A stretch of DNA of 64,000 nt from positions 33,398,344 to 33,462,343 of the forward strand of contig JAHRHZ010000004.1 of NCBI GenBank assembly GCA_024137785.1, read 5' to 3'. Made by a program: the position numbers and the translations under genes. Below, piece after piece: positions 26,252 through 39,795 of the stretch. This DNA comes from Ginglymostoma cirratum (lineage: Eukaryota). Each line of letters starts with the position of its first letter. Within the stretch, counting starts at the first letter, position 1. The notes under the pieces were generated by a model that saw only the letters and a program-made list of their open reading frames with translations, was not told the origin of the DNA and searched no databases.

Positions 26252-27093
26252 CTATCTGGGCTTTTCATTATTTTGAACACCTCCTAAATCTGCCCCTAAT
26301 CTCAGCTGTCAAGAGAGTAAACACAGCTTCCCAAAACTCTCCACAAAATTAGAAGCTTTGTAGTCACGGCCTTTCATGTGCATTGCTTGATCCCTGGAAC
26401 TGAAATAAATGCTTTGCTTCTTAACCTGTGCTTACTGCAACATCACTGTAATCATGTTTTAGGAAACAATATTTGTACTGGTAGATAGAGAAACCAATCA
26501 TCGTAACAAATGTGCTGATCACCATTGAGGGCTTCAGGCAACAAGGGAGACGTGTAAAGGCAAATCATCTTTCCTTCGTGTTCAAAATCTGCTTTTACCA
26601 CAACCATAGTTTCCTGTAGCCAGTTTGTAAATTTGTGCCACTGCTTTGTTATTTTTTTTAAATCATCCTGTTTTGAACAAGTCATGGCACCCCTCCATGG
26701 CCATCACCCCCTAAGGTGGGGCTTGAACCCAGACCTTTTGACTCAGAGGCAGGGACATTACTGCTACCGCTCAACACCCTTCTCTGGGTGCAGGTTTTTA
26801 CAGAATTGCAAAAAGGTGGAACCCTTTTGAGCTGCTGTCGCCATTTCATTGATGTATCATTATTTTGCTGGCAAATGGAAGCTGGGTCACACCTTCGTCC
26901 ATTTTACCTAGAAATGAGGTGTCAGTTGAACTGTGAGCCGAGTGAATAAATAGTTACCTTGCAGACAACACATTAGCATTGAGGTCTAGTCTAAATTTGA
27001 AGTTTTTCAGTGGTCCAAGAAAGATGTGTGTATAAATGATTTTGAATACTGTTAAGAACTAGTTCTCATTTCCTCTACAATTCTTGTTTACAG

Positions 27094-27143
27094 ATGTGCT
27101 TCAGGTTACACTGGAAATCCAACATATGGACAAAGTTGTACTA
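27094..27143 (+). CDS. HSPG2: Perlecan exon (RCASGYTGNPTYGQSCT)
   Basis: ttacag| ... |gtgagt, phase 2/1; cf. human RCAPGYYGNPSQGQPC. Confidence 0.93.
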
Positions 27144-28042
27144 GTGAGTATCTGAACTTAATGACAATTAATGCTGATTTTTAATTCTGCATTCTCTACC
27201 TGATGGAATGAAATGAAACTTGAGAATAAGTCACTGGATCCAGATGGATTGTATCCATTGATGCTCCAGCTATGGTCTCCCCATTGTCCTGTACAGTTGT
27301 AGCAAGTCTGCCTTACCCTTGTACACAGTACTTCAGGTGCAGTCTCACCAATGTACTGTACTTTTGCACTCCAAACCTCTTGCAATAAAGGCCTTCTTAC
27401 TTACTTGAAAATTAAGTTTAATTCCTCAGCTGCCATGATGGGATTTAAACTCAAGTCTCTGGAGCTGTGGACCCGGTCTTTGGATTACTAAAATTTGGAA
27501 TACTTTTCCGCTACCTCTGTGTTACTCGATTAAGTGTCACATAAGTGACTTGGACCAAAGATCAGAAAACACAGAATCAAGGGTCAGGTAGCAGAATGGG
27601 TTTGGAAGGTGGCTTGAAATGGAGCAGAGAGGAGGGAAATAAGGGACATTTCTTGGACCAGCAGAAAGTGAGAAGTGCTGTCCCACAGGTCGTCATGCTC
27701 AGACGACTGTTGTTGGAACTGTAAAAGTACGGTGTTGAAATTTGAAGATGATGCCATCTTGCTGTTATCGTTAATGTAAAAGAATGTCTCACACTACAAG
27801 AAAAGATAAGTTGGTGGATAAATAATTTACATTCAATATATTGATGTGTTCGGTGGGTTTTTTTGATGTGATTGATGTAAGAGGCCATTTTTATTCATTA
27901 GAAAGTAAGAAATTAGATGACGTGGTGGTGGGGAAAGACATGGGTACATAGATGCATAAATAACTCAAAAGCTTGGGTGCAACTATTAGAAAAGGTTGTG
28001 AATTCGTTAGGCGGGAAAAAATACTGTAAGAGGAAAACTAAT

Positions 28043-28645
28043 AGAGTCACATACAACACAGAAACAGACCCTTCAGTCAAACTCGTCCATGCTTGTTCCC
28101 TACACACACCACTCTGTGCGTGGAAAAGTTGCACCTTAGATCTCTCTTAACTCTTTCCACTCTCATCTAACACACTAAGCTCTAGTTTTGGACTCCTCTA
28201 CCCTGGGGAAAAGACCTGGCCTATTTATCCTATCCATGCCCCTCATGATTTTATAAATCTCTATAAAGTCACCCCTCAGCCTCCGACGCTCCAGGGAAAA
28301 TAGCCCCAGTCAATTCAGCCTCTCCCTATAGCTCAAATCCTCCAACCCTGGCAAAATCCTTGTAGATCTTTTCTGAACCCTTTCAAGTTTCACAACATCT
28401 TTCCTATAGCAGGGAGACCAGAATTGCATGCAGTATTCTAACAGTGGCCTAACAAATGTCCTGTAAAGCTGCAACATGACCTCCCAACTCCTATACTCAA
28501 TGCACTGACCCATAAAGGCAAGCAAATGAAACACTGCCTTCACTATCCTATCTACCTACGACTCCACTTTCAAGAAACTATGAACCTGCACTCCAAGATC
28601 TTTGTTCAGCAACACTCCCAAGACCTTACCATTAAATGTACTAGT
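28043..28645 (-). mobile_element. CR1/HER1-like LINE 3' fragment
   Basis: ORF 28310-28543: LYRTFVRPLLEYCMQFWSPCYRKDVVKLERVQKRSTRILPGLEDLSYRERL. Confidence 0.92.
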
Positions 28646-28939
28646 CTGAAAGATTATGTCGTGGTTTGGCACTGTGCATGTGGAGAACAGTTCTATTTGT
28701 GAGCGAATTCAAAACATTGACAATATATGGAAGTGACTAACAGATTAAATAAAGAATTTCTCACACTGATAATGATGAGAATATGGAACGTGCTGTCTCT
28801 TGAAGTGGTTGAAGTACAGAGCATCGATGCATTTAATGGGAAGCTTGCCACATCTATATGACGAATCAAGGAAAAGGGTGATAGGAGTACAAAATGGGCG
28901 GAGGCTCATTTGAAGAATGAACACTGACATAGTCCAGAA

Positions 28940-29225
28940 CTTGCATTTGTATAGAGACCTTTTCACAACCGACCGGATGTCTCAAATCGCTTTACGGTCA
29001 ATGAAATACTGTATCGACATCAGCAACCGATTGGTTATCAACAAAGACCCAAAAACTGAATGAGATAAATTATAGATTTTATTGATATTGCTGAAAGATA
29101 GCATCCCCCACAGTACTCCCTTGGTACTCTCCAAAAGCCAAGGTTATTGTCCTCAATTATTGTGTGGTACTTGAACCCATAATGACCCAGAGGTGAAAGT
29201 GCACCTTTTGAACCAAGGGCAAACA
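28940..29225 (-). mobile_element. Old SINE, probably Deu-domain (SacSINE1/AmnSINE-like); related pieces at about 7480-7660 and 23060-23200
   Basis: CTGAAAGATAGCATC...CAGTACTCCCT...ACTTGAACCCA pattern; antisense tRNA B-box. Confidence 0.5.
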
Positions 29226-29805
29226 TAACTTAAATATTCCTTTTCGTGTGTTTGAATCTGGTCGTTTATCTGGTGAATTTCTCTTGAGTGCCTATCATTC
29301 CCTGAGTAAAGAATAATTTCGCATCAATTTTCAATATCTTTTTAACTGATCTTGTTCACTGGTTGGCCTTATATTGAAGGGATTTGAGATTTTCTCTCCA
29401 GACAGCAGAGCTTATCTTTCTCTGAACCTTGCTCATAATTCTTCCAATTTAAACCTGAAATTAATTGCATTGTGCTTCTCCACACCTTCTCCAAGACCTT
29501 TCTTAAATGAGGCAAGCAAGTTCCTGCTCAGTACTCTGGTTGTCTCAAACACCACTGGAACTCTGAGTTTTCCAGGCAAAGCCAGAGAGCTCCAGGTGGC
29601 CAACACAGTGACACCAACTCAGCAATGACACCATGTTCCACATTAGCAAAAGTCTAATCCCATTGAGCTATGCATCATCATAAGTCCTGAGGAATTTATT
29701 ATCACTTTCTTTGAACAGACTTATGATTTTTTTTTGTCTGATGAACCTTTTTGATTTTCCTAAAGTAATGAATGAAACTGTAATGTTTGATTCGTTGTTT
29801 TGCAG

Positions 29806-29876
29806 CTGGCTGTACATGTGACTGGAGAGGGAGTGCTGGAGGCCAATGTGATGCCAATGGGCAATGCCAATGCAAG
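29806..29876 (+). CDS. HSPG2: Perlecan exon (GCTCDWRGSAGGQCDANGQCQCK)
   Basis: tttgcag| ... |gtacta, phase 1/0; cf. human GCNCDPQGSVSSQCDAAGQCQCK. Confidence 0.94.
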
Positions 29877-31090
29877 GTACTACCTTGGAGGTCAACCATT
29901 GATTTTTCTGAACAAGTATCCACCAGACCAGTTTGGCTGAATGTCATCGAATTATTTTGCAGATCGCAAATTTTAATTTTTTAAATGTGGGTATAGGAAT
30001 GAGAAGGATCATATTTCAGAAGACATTTCCATTGGGTATAGTCGAACATATTCTGAAAGTTTCTGGTCACACAGTTGTTTGAATGCCATTTTAAAGGAAA
30101 TCCTCTTAGTCGCAACAGTGCAGAGTGGGGTGTTGTGGGATAGTAGACTGCCATATTTCATGAGATGCAGCTTGGGGGCTGATATTTTGGTGGGTGCTTC
30201 ATTTCTGGGTCAATGGCTTGGGTGCTAACATTGAATGTTGAGACTAGAAGGCAGAGGTGAACCAACCAGAGTTCATGTTCCTGCTCTCCAGGATCCATCT
30301 GGGAGCAGTTGTCACATGCAAATGAGACTGAGCTTGCTCGTGCTTCCTGTTTTCATTCCATATTACAGCTTGTACATGAACCGAAACTGCTTGGAAAGGC
30401 ATCACATGTGCCTGTAAAACCTGGCAATTAGTCAGTAGTGTCAAGAGAGAAAGTTAGGTTGGTGGTCAGTACGGAATCAATGCGAATTTTCTCATTTTAA
30501 ACACTAAATTTGAGTCTTTGCTGCCACCTATCAGTACACCTCACTGCAACAATTATGATAGATTATGTCAGTGTTGTACATGTCTCCTGCAACACAGTAC
30601 CAAGTGGATCGTGAAAGTGGCATTTGGAAATGGAAGAAAATCATGTGGCATGCACGCAAGAATATTTAATCATCATGGAGTCATTTATGGCACAAAAGGA
30701 GACAATTCGGCCATTCAGGACATTACTAGCTCACTGTGGATAGCATTCCAGTCAGTCCTGTTCGGTTGAATTTATCTCCTCTGAGTGTTGGTACTGTAAA
30801 GAGCTTCTTAATGAAAATTTAGTGCTGCAATCCTTTAGATTGCCATTGAGATTTATACTTGTTCCTTCCTCAAACTTCCGTCGATCACATCTGGACTATC
30901 CATAATATATAGGCAAATTACTCCTTCTGAGAACACATTGCACCAAGAACCTAGTTTAATTAAGAAGCCTGATGCTTTGTCACCTCAATCAGCACCCTAA
31001 AAGTCTATCTTTAGAGAGCTGGCTAAATCCAGTTTCAGTTTGTATTATTTTTACCACAGAATGATGTGACCTGCTGTGTTTTCATTATAG

Positions 31091-31231
31091 CCTAATGTGC
31101 AAGGCCGGACCTGTGACACTTGCAAAGCTGGTTACTTCTACCTGAGTGCAGAGAACAGAGAGGGCTGCCTGCCCTGTTTCTGTATGGGTGTGACACAGCA
31201 ATGCAGCAGCTCCACATACTACCGGAATGTG
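31091..31231 (+). CDS. HSPG2: Perlecan exon (PNVQGRTCDTCKAGYFYLSAENREGCLPCFCMGVTQQCSSSTYYRNV)
   Basis: tatag| ... |gtacgt, phase 0/0; GCLPCFCMGxTQQC motif. Confidence 0.95.
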
Positions 31232-31552
31232 GTACGTTTTACATTAACTTTTCAGTCTTTGCTAACATGTGTATGTGGTAGTAACTTGAATCATTGTCGA
31301 GGGGAACTCCCTGGGAATGCCAGCCTTTCAAGATACCCACATCGTGTGCAACTTAAATTCATTAAGACCTTGTGAGCAGTTCTTAGGCTCTCCTCATTGA
31401 CACTGTCTCCCTCAAGGAGCATATAATTGGTTTGTAAAGGATGCAACCTAATATCATTTTGTATATAAGGATCTTACTTCGTTTTATAATGCCCTTGTGA
31501 AGCAGCTTTGGACTTGTAATTGTGTTAAAGGTGCTAAATATCAAGAATTGAG

Positions 31553-31900
31553 GGGAGACAATGGCCTAGTGGTATTATCACTGGATTGTTAATCCAGAGA
31601 CCCAGCTAATATTCTGGGTACCCAGGTTCAGATTCCTCCATGGCAGACTGTGGAATTTGAATTGAATAAAAAAAATCTGGAATTAAGAGGCTAATGATGA
31701 CCATGACCCCATTGTCAGAATAAAACAATCTGGTTCACTAATGTCCTTTTAGGGAAGGGAACTGCCATCCTTACCTGGTCTGGCCTACATGTGACTCCAG
31801 ACCCACAGTAGTGTGGTTGACTTATAACTGTCCTCTGAGCGGTTACGGATGGGCAGTAACTGCTAGCCTAACTAGTGATGCCCTCATCCTTGAATGAATA
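31553..31900 (+). mobile_element. tRNA-derived SINE, second family
   Basis: TGGCCTAGTGG A-box and B-box; highly similar to 49563-49920; older copy at about 9715-9990. Confidence 0.8.
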
Positions 31901-32397
31901 TAAAAAAATTGTTGTAGTTGGCAGATATAAGCTAAAATGTGTAAAGGGCATAGGGCAAAATGGATACTATTACTTTCGCTACGCTGTAACTTCATTTGTT
32001 CCACTGCTAAGTTTAAAACTTTCATCTGGTAAATCATTCACACACAGTGCCCAACTCCAGCAGTACTGACTCTGCATTAGCAGATTAGGAATGGTAGATA
32101 GAGAATATCTCTGCATTAACGCTATAGATGCATACGTCGGTCCATCAAGCTGATCCTGGGCTCGTTCAGACAACAGGTTTGGAGGATACTGTACAGATAT
32201 AGCTGCAGTACAGTGTACATCCTGGAGCTCAGGTTGACTTTATGCCTGTCTGAAATTGTATTCAATTAGATTCCATCACATCACAGTGGGGAAGGTTGAA
32301 GTACATTTTTTATTGTCAAATGTCTATTTACTGAAACAGGAGCCAGTGTGTCTTCCATAAATGTTTATTTGCAATCGTAGGTAGTTATTGTGTTTCC

Positions 32398-32680
32398 AGT
32401 CATAGAGGCATACAGCACAGAAACAGACTCTTTGGTCCAACTCATCCATGCCAACCAAGTTTCCCAAAGTAAACTAGCCCCACTTGCATGCATTGGGCAC
32501 ATATCCCTCAAAACCTTTCCTATTCATGTACCTGCGCAAATGTTTTTAAAATTTTGTCACTCTACCTGCATCTACCACTTCCTCTGGCAGTTCATTCTAC
32601 ACACGAGCCACCCTCTGTGTGAAAAATTTGCCCCTCAAGTCCCTTTGAAATCTGTCTCCTCTCATCTTAAAATTATGCCC
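32398..32680 (-). mobile_element. CR1/HER1-like LINE 3' end
   Basis: Antisense similarity to 3575-3852. Confidence 0.8.
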
Positions 32681-32876
32681 ACCCATTCAGAGAGTTCAGA
32701 TCAGAGTGGAAGGACTGGGGACAGAAGGATACAGATTTAAACTAATTGGCCAAAAAAAGCAATGTATCCATGAGACAGGCAGTGATAATCTGAAATGTGC
32801 TGCCTGAGTGATTTATTAGCAATATTTGAGAAGGATTTGGATTATTAACTGAAAAACAAGAATATATGGGATTTGG

Positions 32877-32877
<1 letters not shown>

Positions 32878-32910
<33 letters not shown>
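32878..32910. repeat. Poly-G homopolymer (about 32 nt)
   Basis: Directly visible. Confidence 0.9.
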
Positions 32911-32911
<1 letters not shown>

Positions 32912-33133
32912 AGCTGGGAGAGTGGTACTGGGAAAATTGCTCCTTAACAGGATCAGCTCATATACAGCAGGCTGAATACCTCCTTCTGTGCTATAACTAT
33001 CTTGTTATTCTGTTGGTGACATTTGTATATCGTAGTTACTGTGTAGGTTGCCTGGTTTCAATGATTCTTCAAGGCCTTAATGATCGGCTATTGTTTTGCA
33101 TGCTTTTCAGTAAATGACCTTTTTTCCCTGTAG

Positions 33134-33328
33134 GTTTCAAGTCCATTTGTTCCACCAAACGACTTTCAGAACTTCTCCCTGGTGAATCGTCAGCGCACCA
33201 CACGCATCACCTCGGGATTTACAGTGACAGTGAGAGACAGGCAGCCACAGCTGTCGTTTGGACGGTTTGGGCAGTACACACAGGAATCCTACTACTGGCA
33301 GCTTCCAGAGGTGTTTCAGGGTGACAAG
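33134..33328 (+). CDS. HSPG2: Perlecan exon, start of laminin IV (L4) domain 3 (VSSPFVPPNDFQNFSLVNRQR...ESYYWQLPEVFQGDK)
   Basis: ctgtag| ... AAG|gtacag, phase 0/0; YWQLPExxQGDK motif. Confidence 0.95.
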
Positions 33329-35070
33329 GTACAGCTCCAGACTCTCCATCTAAATACTTTGGACCTCGAACTTCATAAGTTTAAGAATACTCTGAGGTGA
33401 ACCAAGCAGGGCTTGGTGATATGTGAGATGATCAAAATTGTTGAACAAATGTTTAAGGTTTACATATTTGGGATTACATTTTATGCTATTAGTCTACCAC
33501 AATCATTTTTTGAGTATTTATAGTTCGCAGACTTTGGTGTTTGTTAATTCTGTCACGTAACATTCTTCAATGATATCAAACACACTGAGCAGCAAATGGT
33601 GTGACTATGGCAGAGCAAGGACCTAGTGTGAAGTTATGGAGGAGGTCCTATCACCATGAACATTTTGGGGGCTCATGAACGTCCTGATGTTCTGCCCTCT
33701 ACCTGACTGGCAGGTCAGGGGGTGGGAGGAGTCACTAATCAGAGGAGTCTGGAGACAGGGTTTCTTTGCACTGCCCTGTCAATTGGTCAAGGTATTTGTC
33801 AGTAGTTGGCTCAGAGGCTATTGATCAGGCTGATGAGCCCATTGGTTTCGTTGAGCAGCCAAGCTGAGCACTCCAGCTTGGTATGCTGGAAAAGGCACTT
33901 AACATGTCACCTTTCACATCCCAATCACTGCCAAGTCTCCTGATTCTGGGGAAACTGGTCTAGCGGGAGCTCATTGCCGCATTAGGCAAACCCCAGCTAA
34001 TTAAGTTCATTACATTATTCACAATATCCGTGCTGTGAAAATTGTTATTTGTTCGTCTCATGATCCCACATTTCAGTTTTAACTTCCCCACAATGGGTGG
34101 GTATTTCTGCTAATGTTGAGGCTAATGTTACAGCGTTAACATTGGGATGCTATTTTTGCATGTTGGTATGAACTTAATGACCACTATATGCGTCTGATGA
34201 GTTTTTAGTCTTTATTACATGTTACAGCGTGGACTGTAGAGATGGATAACACTGTTCAATTTCATTTAAATTCTATAGTTTAGTGTAACCATGGATTAGA
34301 AAGTCTATGCATGTGTTCTAACACATTTTTAGTGCAATGTGCAATTCTCTCAGTTTCATTATGTTCACGGCACTGTTGTGGATTAACCATTCCTCCAGAA
34401 ATTCTGACATAAGAGTGCATGCTAAGATGTAGACTTGTATTCTCAGATGTAGCTTTTGAAAGCTAAAAAAGCTTTGATCTATTTTCAATTTTGAAAAATG
34501 TCAAATTCCAAAGGATAAAGATTAAATTCTCCCTTTCTCTCTGCAAAACTGATCTAACTCAGATGCCATTTAACAGATGTTGATATGCATGGAGCTGACG
34601 GAGACTGAAGATTAATCGGGGACTATATCAAATGTAGAATGAACATTAATCAAGTTTTACACATGTATGTGGAAAGTGTGATATTGTCTTTCAAAGCAGA
34701 GAAATTGGTGATTGTAGACTGACTGCCGAGACTGGTACCAAAGACCTGTGGCAGATGTGTTTTGAGCCAAGGTCATAAATCACTTGGATAAAATTAGAAA
34801 GGGCCAACTCACCCTGGTTAAAAAAAAAACAAACTCCCCCAGAGAAGCAATGCAAAATTATATGGTGTCATTGCCTGAACACACAGATCTTACAGTCAAA
34901 TTCCATTACCTCTTCAACTGTGAACTATATTTCCTATAGTTCATTTCTACTTTATGCAGCCAAGATAGCTACTGCGCTTGGGTCTGCTGTTTCAGACTCT
35001 TCCTGTCTAACATACTGTTCACTGCTCAGTACTGGATTGTCTCTGACCATTATTTATTCCCTTTCTTCAG

Positions 35071-35109
35071 AGGGAGCAGTTCTTTGCTCGTATTAGACGA
35101 GGACACAAG
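35071..35109 (+). CDS. HSPG2: Candidate cassette micro-exon c1 (REQFFARIRRGHK)
   Basis: ctgac branch site, strong pyrimidine tract, cag|; AAG|gtagtg; 39 nt, phase 0/0. Confidence 0.6.
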
Positions 35110-36519
35110 GTAGTGTTTGCATTCAGCCTGTTGTGGCTCTCTCTCTGGGTTGGAGCACTGTGTTCGTCTGCTTTGGCTTGGCTTTGAATTGTTGGCTTGC
35201 AGCAGTAATAATATGCCTTGTTTTTTGCCAGTTGAAACTGTATTTTGGGATTAGATGGTGGGGTGATATCTAAGTCCTGGGATGAAGTTGTCTTTGCTGG
35301 GTTTAGATGGCTGGGTAATGAAAATAGGATTCATGTCGTTCCAGCTGACTTACCAAACATTCCAAAAGCAGTAAGACAGGGGCCACATTGTCTGCTTCTC
35401 CTCTCACCTCTGAGTGGCTCTCAACAGAAGACAGGAAAGATGGAAAAATGCCACTGTCTTTAAAAGGAAAAGCACCCTGCAACAAGTGCATATTTCCTCC
35501 AAAGAGAAAGTTCAGAATTTCACAATCAGGGTAGTAACTAAACAAGAGCTGAGAAATATAGTTAGATGTCTGTTGTCAAGACTGAAAAGAAGAGTGTGTG
35601 AAGATTTAATGTAGAATCTCCCTCTGATATCCTCCAGCCATTGATGAATCTGGAACCATCACCAGGTAAACTCCTTGGCACTTCAGCCTTATCTGTTTAA
35701 TTTGCATTCAACTCCGGTGTTGTGACTTTGAAATAACAATTTATAAAATCCTTAACATAAACACAAAAACCTGCGTGTGCTGGACTTCTGAAACAAGAAT
35801 GAAGTGCTGGAGAGAAGCAGCTGGTTTGGCTGCATCTGTAGAGAGAAAACAGTAATATTTCGAGTGTAGTCACCCGTCATCAGGACTGACAATAGCTGGG
35901 AAAGGGTGGCACTTATGCTAATGACTGGGTGGAGGGTCTGAGTAGAGTGCAAAGTGCTTTCTCCATGTACTCTGTTCACTCCCCTGACTCCCACCCAGTG
36001 CCCTGGTGAGCTGCCACCTTGAACTGTTGCAGTGGTTGCAGCGTAGTTCTTCCACAATGATGTTAGGGAGTGAGCCCCAGGACTTTGATCCAGCAACACT
36101 GAAGGAATGCAATACGATTCCAAATCAGGATAGTATGTGGCTTCAACGGGAACTTGAAGATGTTCCCATGTATCTGCCCTGGTCCTTCTGGATGATAGTG
36201 GTTGTGGATTTGGAAAGTGCTATTGAGGGAGGCTTGGAGCGACATTACAGCTTGAAGAATTTTCCCAGAATATCAGAAGCTTAGGTTTAAATATTGACAT
36301 GGATATGACCATACTAATCTTTGTCTTGAAAGTCAAATTCAAACAGGGATGTGTTACCTCCAGTGTGCTATTGAAGAGTCAGCCCACAATTCTCAGAAGA
36401 ATGCATTGTGCACAGTTTCAAAATCTGATTTTCATCCTTTTCCCGGCAAACCTTTTACATTCAGGAACAGGATCCTGGTCTCGTGGCTGATATTTATTCA
36501 TCCACTATCATCATCAAAT

Positions 36520-37110
36520 AGCAACATTTATATAGCACTTTTAGTATAGAACATCTCAGTAATTATGACCAGGCAAAATCTGACAGCCAGCCAGTGATGA
36601 GTGATCAAAAACATGGTTAATGAGGAAAGATTTAAGAAATATCTTGAAGAAGTGAGTTGTTGGGATTTACGGAGAGAATTCCAGACTTCTGTTGGCCTGG
36701 GCCACTGGCAGATGCAAAAGAAATGGAAAATGCTCAATATGTCAGAGATATGGGAATGCTGAGATCTTGGTTGGTCTCAAGACTGATGAAAGGTCTAGTG
36801 AAAAGGAAGAGTGAGGATTAAGCACAAGGATTAGAACTTTAAATTTGAGGCACTATGAGGACAGAAGGCATTGCACTAATTGAACTATAAGGCAAATGGT
36901 TGACTTGGACTTGGTGCGAGTTAGAAGATGGGAAACTGAGCTCACGTGTCTGAAGTGGAAAATGGGAATGTGTCTGGAAGGGATTGGAATTGTCAAGCCG
37001 GAGGATAATAAAGACAGGAATGAGAGTTTTAACAGCAGGTGAGCTGAGAAAGAGGTGAAGGCATTGTTTTTGGAGAGATTGAATTACTGAGCTGTCAAAT
37101 TCAGCCAAAG
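36520..37110 (-). mobile_element. Degenerate L2-type LINE 3' fragment
   Basis: Minus-strand remnant FLSSPAVKTLIPVFIILRLDNSN, resembling the L2 RT C-terminus; related piece at about 53050-53400. Confidence 0.6.
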
Positions 37111-38785
37111 GTCAAGACTCATACTATAACCAGGGAACAGGGATAAAATGCATGGCTGGAGAACACAGATTGTCCCATGGGCCATTACAGTTGTTGTAGT
37201 CTTTCAGGTATTTAATTTAGTTTGTGCTCATGTAGTACTGCATGCATCGTAACAGCATGACAAATCATAGACTGTGGGAATTGAGTGTGGCGTGGTGCAG
37301 TTCTGCTGATGACAATCTAGTCATTATATTATTGCTGTTTGTGAGAGTTTTCTGTGCGCTCATTGGCTGTCACATTCCCTTCATTACAACAGTGGCTACA
37401 ATTCATTGGATATGAAGCATCTTGAAGCATCCTAAGGCCATGACAAGTGATAAATAAATGAAAATTTTTCTTCAATTTTCCCACAACTTCACCATCCAAG
37501 TCTTTTCTATTGGTAGGGATCTTAAGAGAGGGGATGTTTTTCAAGTGATTCTGGAAAACTTGAGCATTTCTTTCTCCATCTCTGTTCATTTTTTGCGTTG
37601 CCTCAGGCATTTCAAATTCTCCCCTCTAGAATCATTTCCTAATAAAAATTTGAAAATGGCTGTTTTGTTTCTAAGTTGCTGTCTTCCCTTCCCCTTTCCC
37701 ATTCTTAAAAGTCTTAAAAGAACGATATTAACCATTCACTGCAAAGATAACATATATTTGCAGAACATGAAGTCTTTACATTCTAAATTTACAACATGAA
37801 TGGGCTTCACGATGTTTACCAGCATCTCTTACGTTTTGTTTCATTTCATAACTGGCTTAACATGAGATTAATGCCAGCATAGCCAAGCTTGAGCCAAAGA
37901 TGGAACTCCGAAAGGTTGTGGACGCTGGATTAATTGAAACTTTCAGAACTGTAATAGATTTGTTTTTTATTGATGTAAAGGCATTAGGCAATTTGGAGAA
38001 AAGCATGTTCAATGGCTTGAGGTTCGAATCAGCCATAAGAGGCTGAATGGCTTCCACTTGTTGCTAAGTACAGCTTGAAGCCCCTGAACTGTGATTTTGG
38101 TTACTATTCCAGTCGAAGCTTGGAAGATTAATTTGAAGTCAAAGTCAGAGTAAGCTGATTCTTCTTCAGTTATTAAATATAAATTGGCAGGCAGCATGGC
38201 CAAGGGGCCTGAGGTGCTGGAGGATTAAGGCTCTAGCCTTTCTGGAAAAAAAAAGGTCTTGTGGTACAGTGATAGTATCCCTATCTCTGAGCCAGGAGGC
38301 CTGGGTTCAAGTCCCACCTACTCCAGAAATGTGTAATAACCTGTCTGTACAGGTTGATTAATATAAATTGGCATCTGTTGTGCAGCTGGGATAGTTTCTG
38401 TGTTTTGTGCAGATAATGATAATCCCTGTTTGGCTTTGCTGTTGTCAATCATCAGAAAATTCTATTAACTATTCTTGCACCTGCAGATCCTGAAATTGAA
38501 AAAGCATAAAAGCAATTTTCTGGTTCTTTATTAAGTTTCAGCAAGCTTTCAAACTGTTTGGTGGACCATGTTTCACATTCAATCAACTTTGACTGGAAAT
38601 GATTTGGTCTACTTACCTTAGCTGAACTCAACAAAATAGCCAGACCATTTTCAAAACTGTCAGAATTTGTGTCCGCCATAGTTATTTTGTTTTTGTTTGC
38701 ATTGATGCTGGGTCGAGTGGAGCTGTGTGCTCAGCAGTAGGAAGAATTTGTAATCCTAAATAACATGCAAAATTGCATTAATCAG

Positions 38786-38887
38786 AAAGACCCATCTTTG
38801 ACTGAGGACCAGCTGAGGAAAGATGCAGCCATCTGGGAACTCTTGAGCACCTCTTCATCGTTTCCTAGGGTTAAGCGATCCTCAAAG
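38786..38887 (+). CDS. HSPG2: Candidate cassette exon c2 (KDPSLTEDQLRKDAAIWELLSTSSSFPRVKRSSK)
   Basis: atcag| (weak pyrimidine tract) ... AAG|gtagca; 102 nt, phase 0/0; peptide similar to c3; TGCATG at 38901. Confidence 0.6.
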
Positions 38888-39354
38888 GTAGCAGTGAAGC
38901 TGCATGACACAGTGTGGAGCATGAATTTTACCATGACTGTTGCAAGCTATATGTAGAGTAGATTTGAACTTGTTCACTCAATTAGTCTAATACACAGGTT
39001 TATCTCAGTTTATGTAATTTGCATTTTCATAACTCATTTATTCCCCCACCCACCTTGAAAGAGTATGGTAAAAGTAATAAGTCAAAGCACAACCAATTGT
39101 TTACCTTGTATTTAATTACTTTGCATGTGTACTGTACTGTAAAGCATGGGAATTATTTAGCTAAATTGTTACTGGCCCAAATCAATTTTATATTTAATTT
39201 TAAAGGTCCATGCATCAATGACGCAAGTGGGATTCAACTCCCATACATAATACATAAGTACCTATATCATTTTTGCATGGAGCAAAGTGGTTTCAATTCC
39301 AGTATCAATCGTTCAAGAAACCTCCCAAAGAGTTTAAGTAGTCAGGTGTTGTGA

Positions 39355-39795
39355 AAGCAAACAGTACAGAAGGAGACCATTCCATCCATTGTACCTGTAT
39401 CAGTTCTGTGAACAAGTAGCCTCTTAGTCCCACTCCCATTATTTCTCCTGCAACTCTGTGGATTTTTCTTTTCCAAAGTGAATATCGAACTTGCTTTTGA
39501 AAATTATCAATGAACATACTCTAACACAGCATATTCCAGATCCTTATAACTCAGTATTTGGAAAGAAAAATTCTCCCCCTGTCTGTAATGGTTTTCCTGT
39601 CATCATTCAAACCTGAATCCCATGGTTGCAGCCTCTTCTGTCAGTGGGAATGGTTTCACCCGATTTGCTCTGTGCAACCTCCTCATAATTTTGGCCACTC
39701 TGTAAATTCTCCGTGGGACCTCCCTTGCTCTAAGGCTGATAATCCCAGTCTCTCCACGTGAAGTGCGCTCCCCCACTTCTGGTACCATTCTGGTG
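39355..39795 (-). mobile_element. Degenerate CR1-type LINE 3' fragment
   Basis: Minus-strand remnant TRMVPEV...IYRVAKIMRRLHRANRVKPFPL. Confidence 0.6.

Noticed and set aside
32866-33117. Poly-Gly ORF and potential G-quadruplex
   Set aside because: Simply a poly-G run within a repeat remnant; homopolymer length is unreliable.
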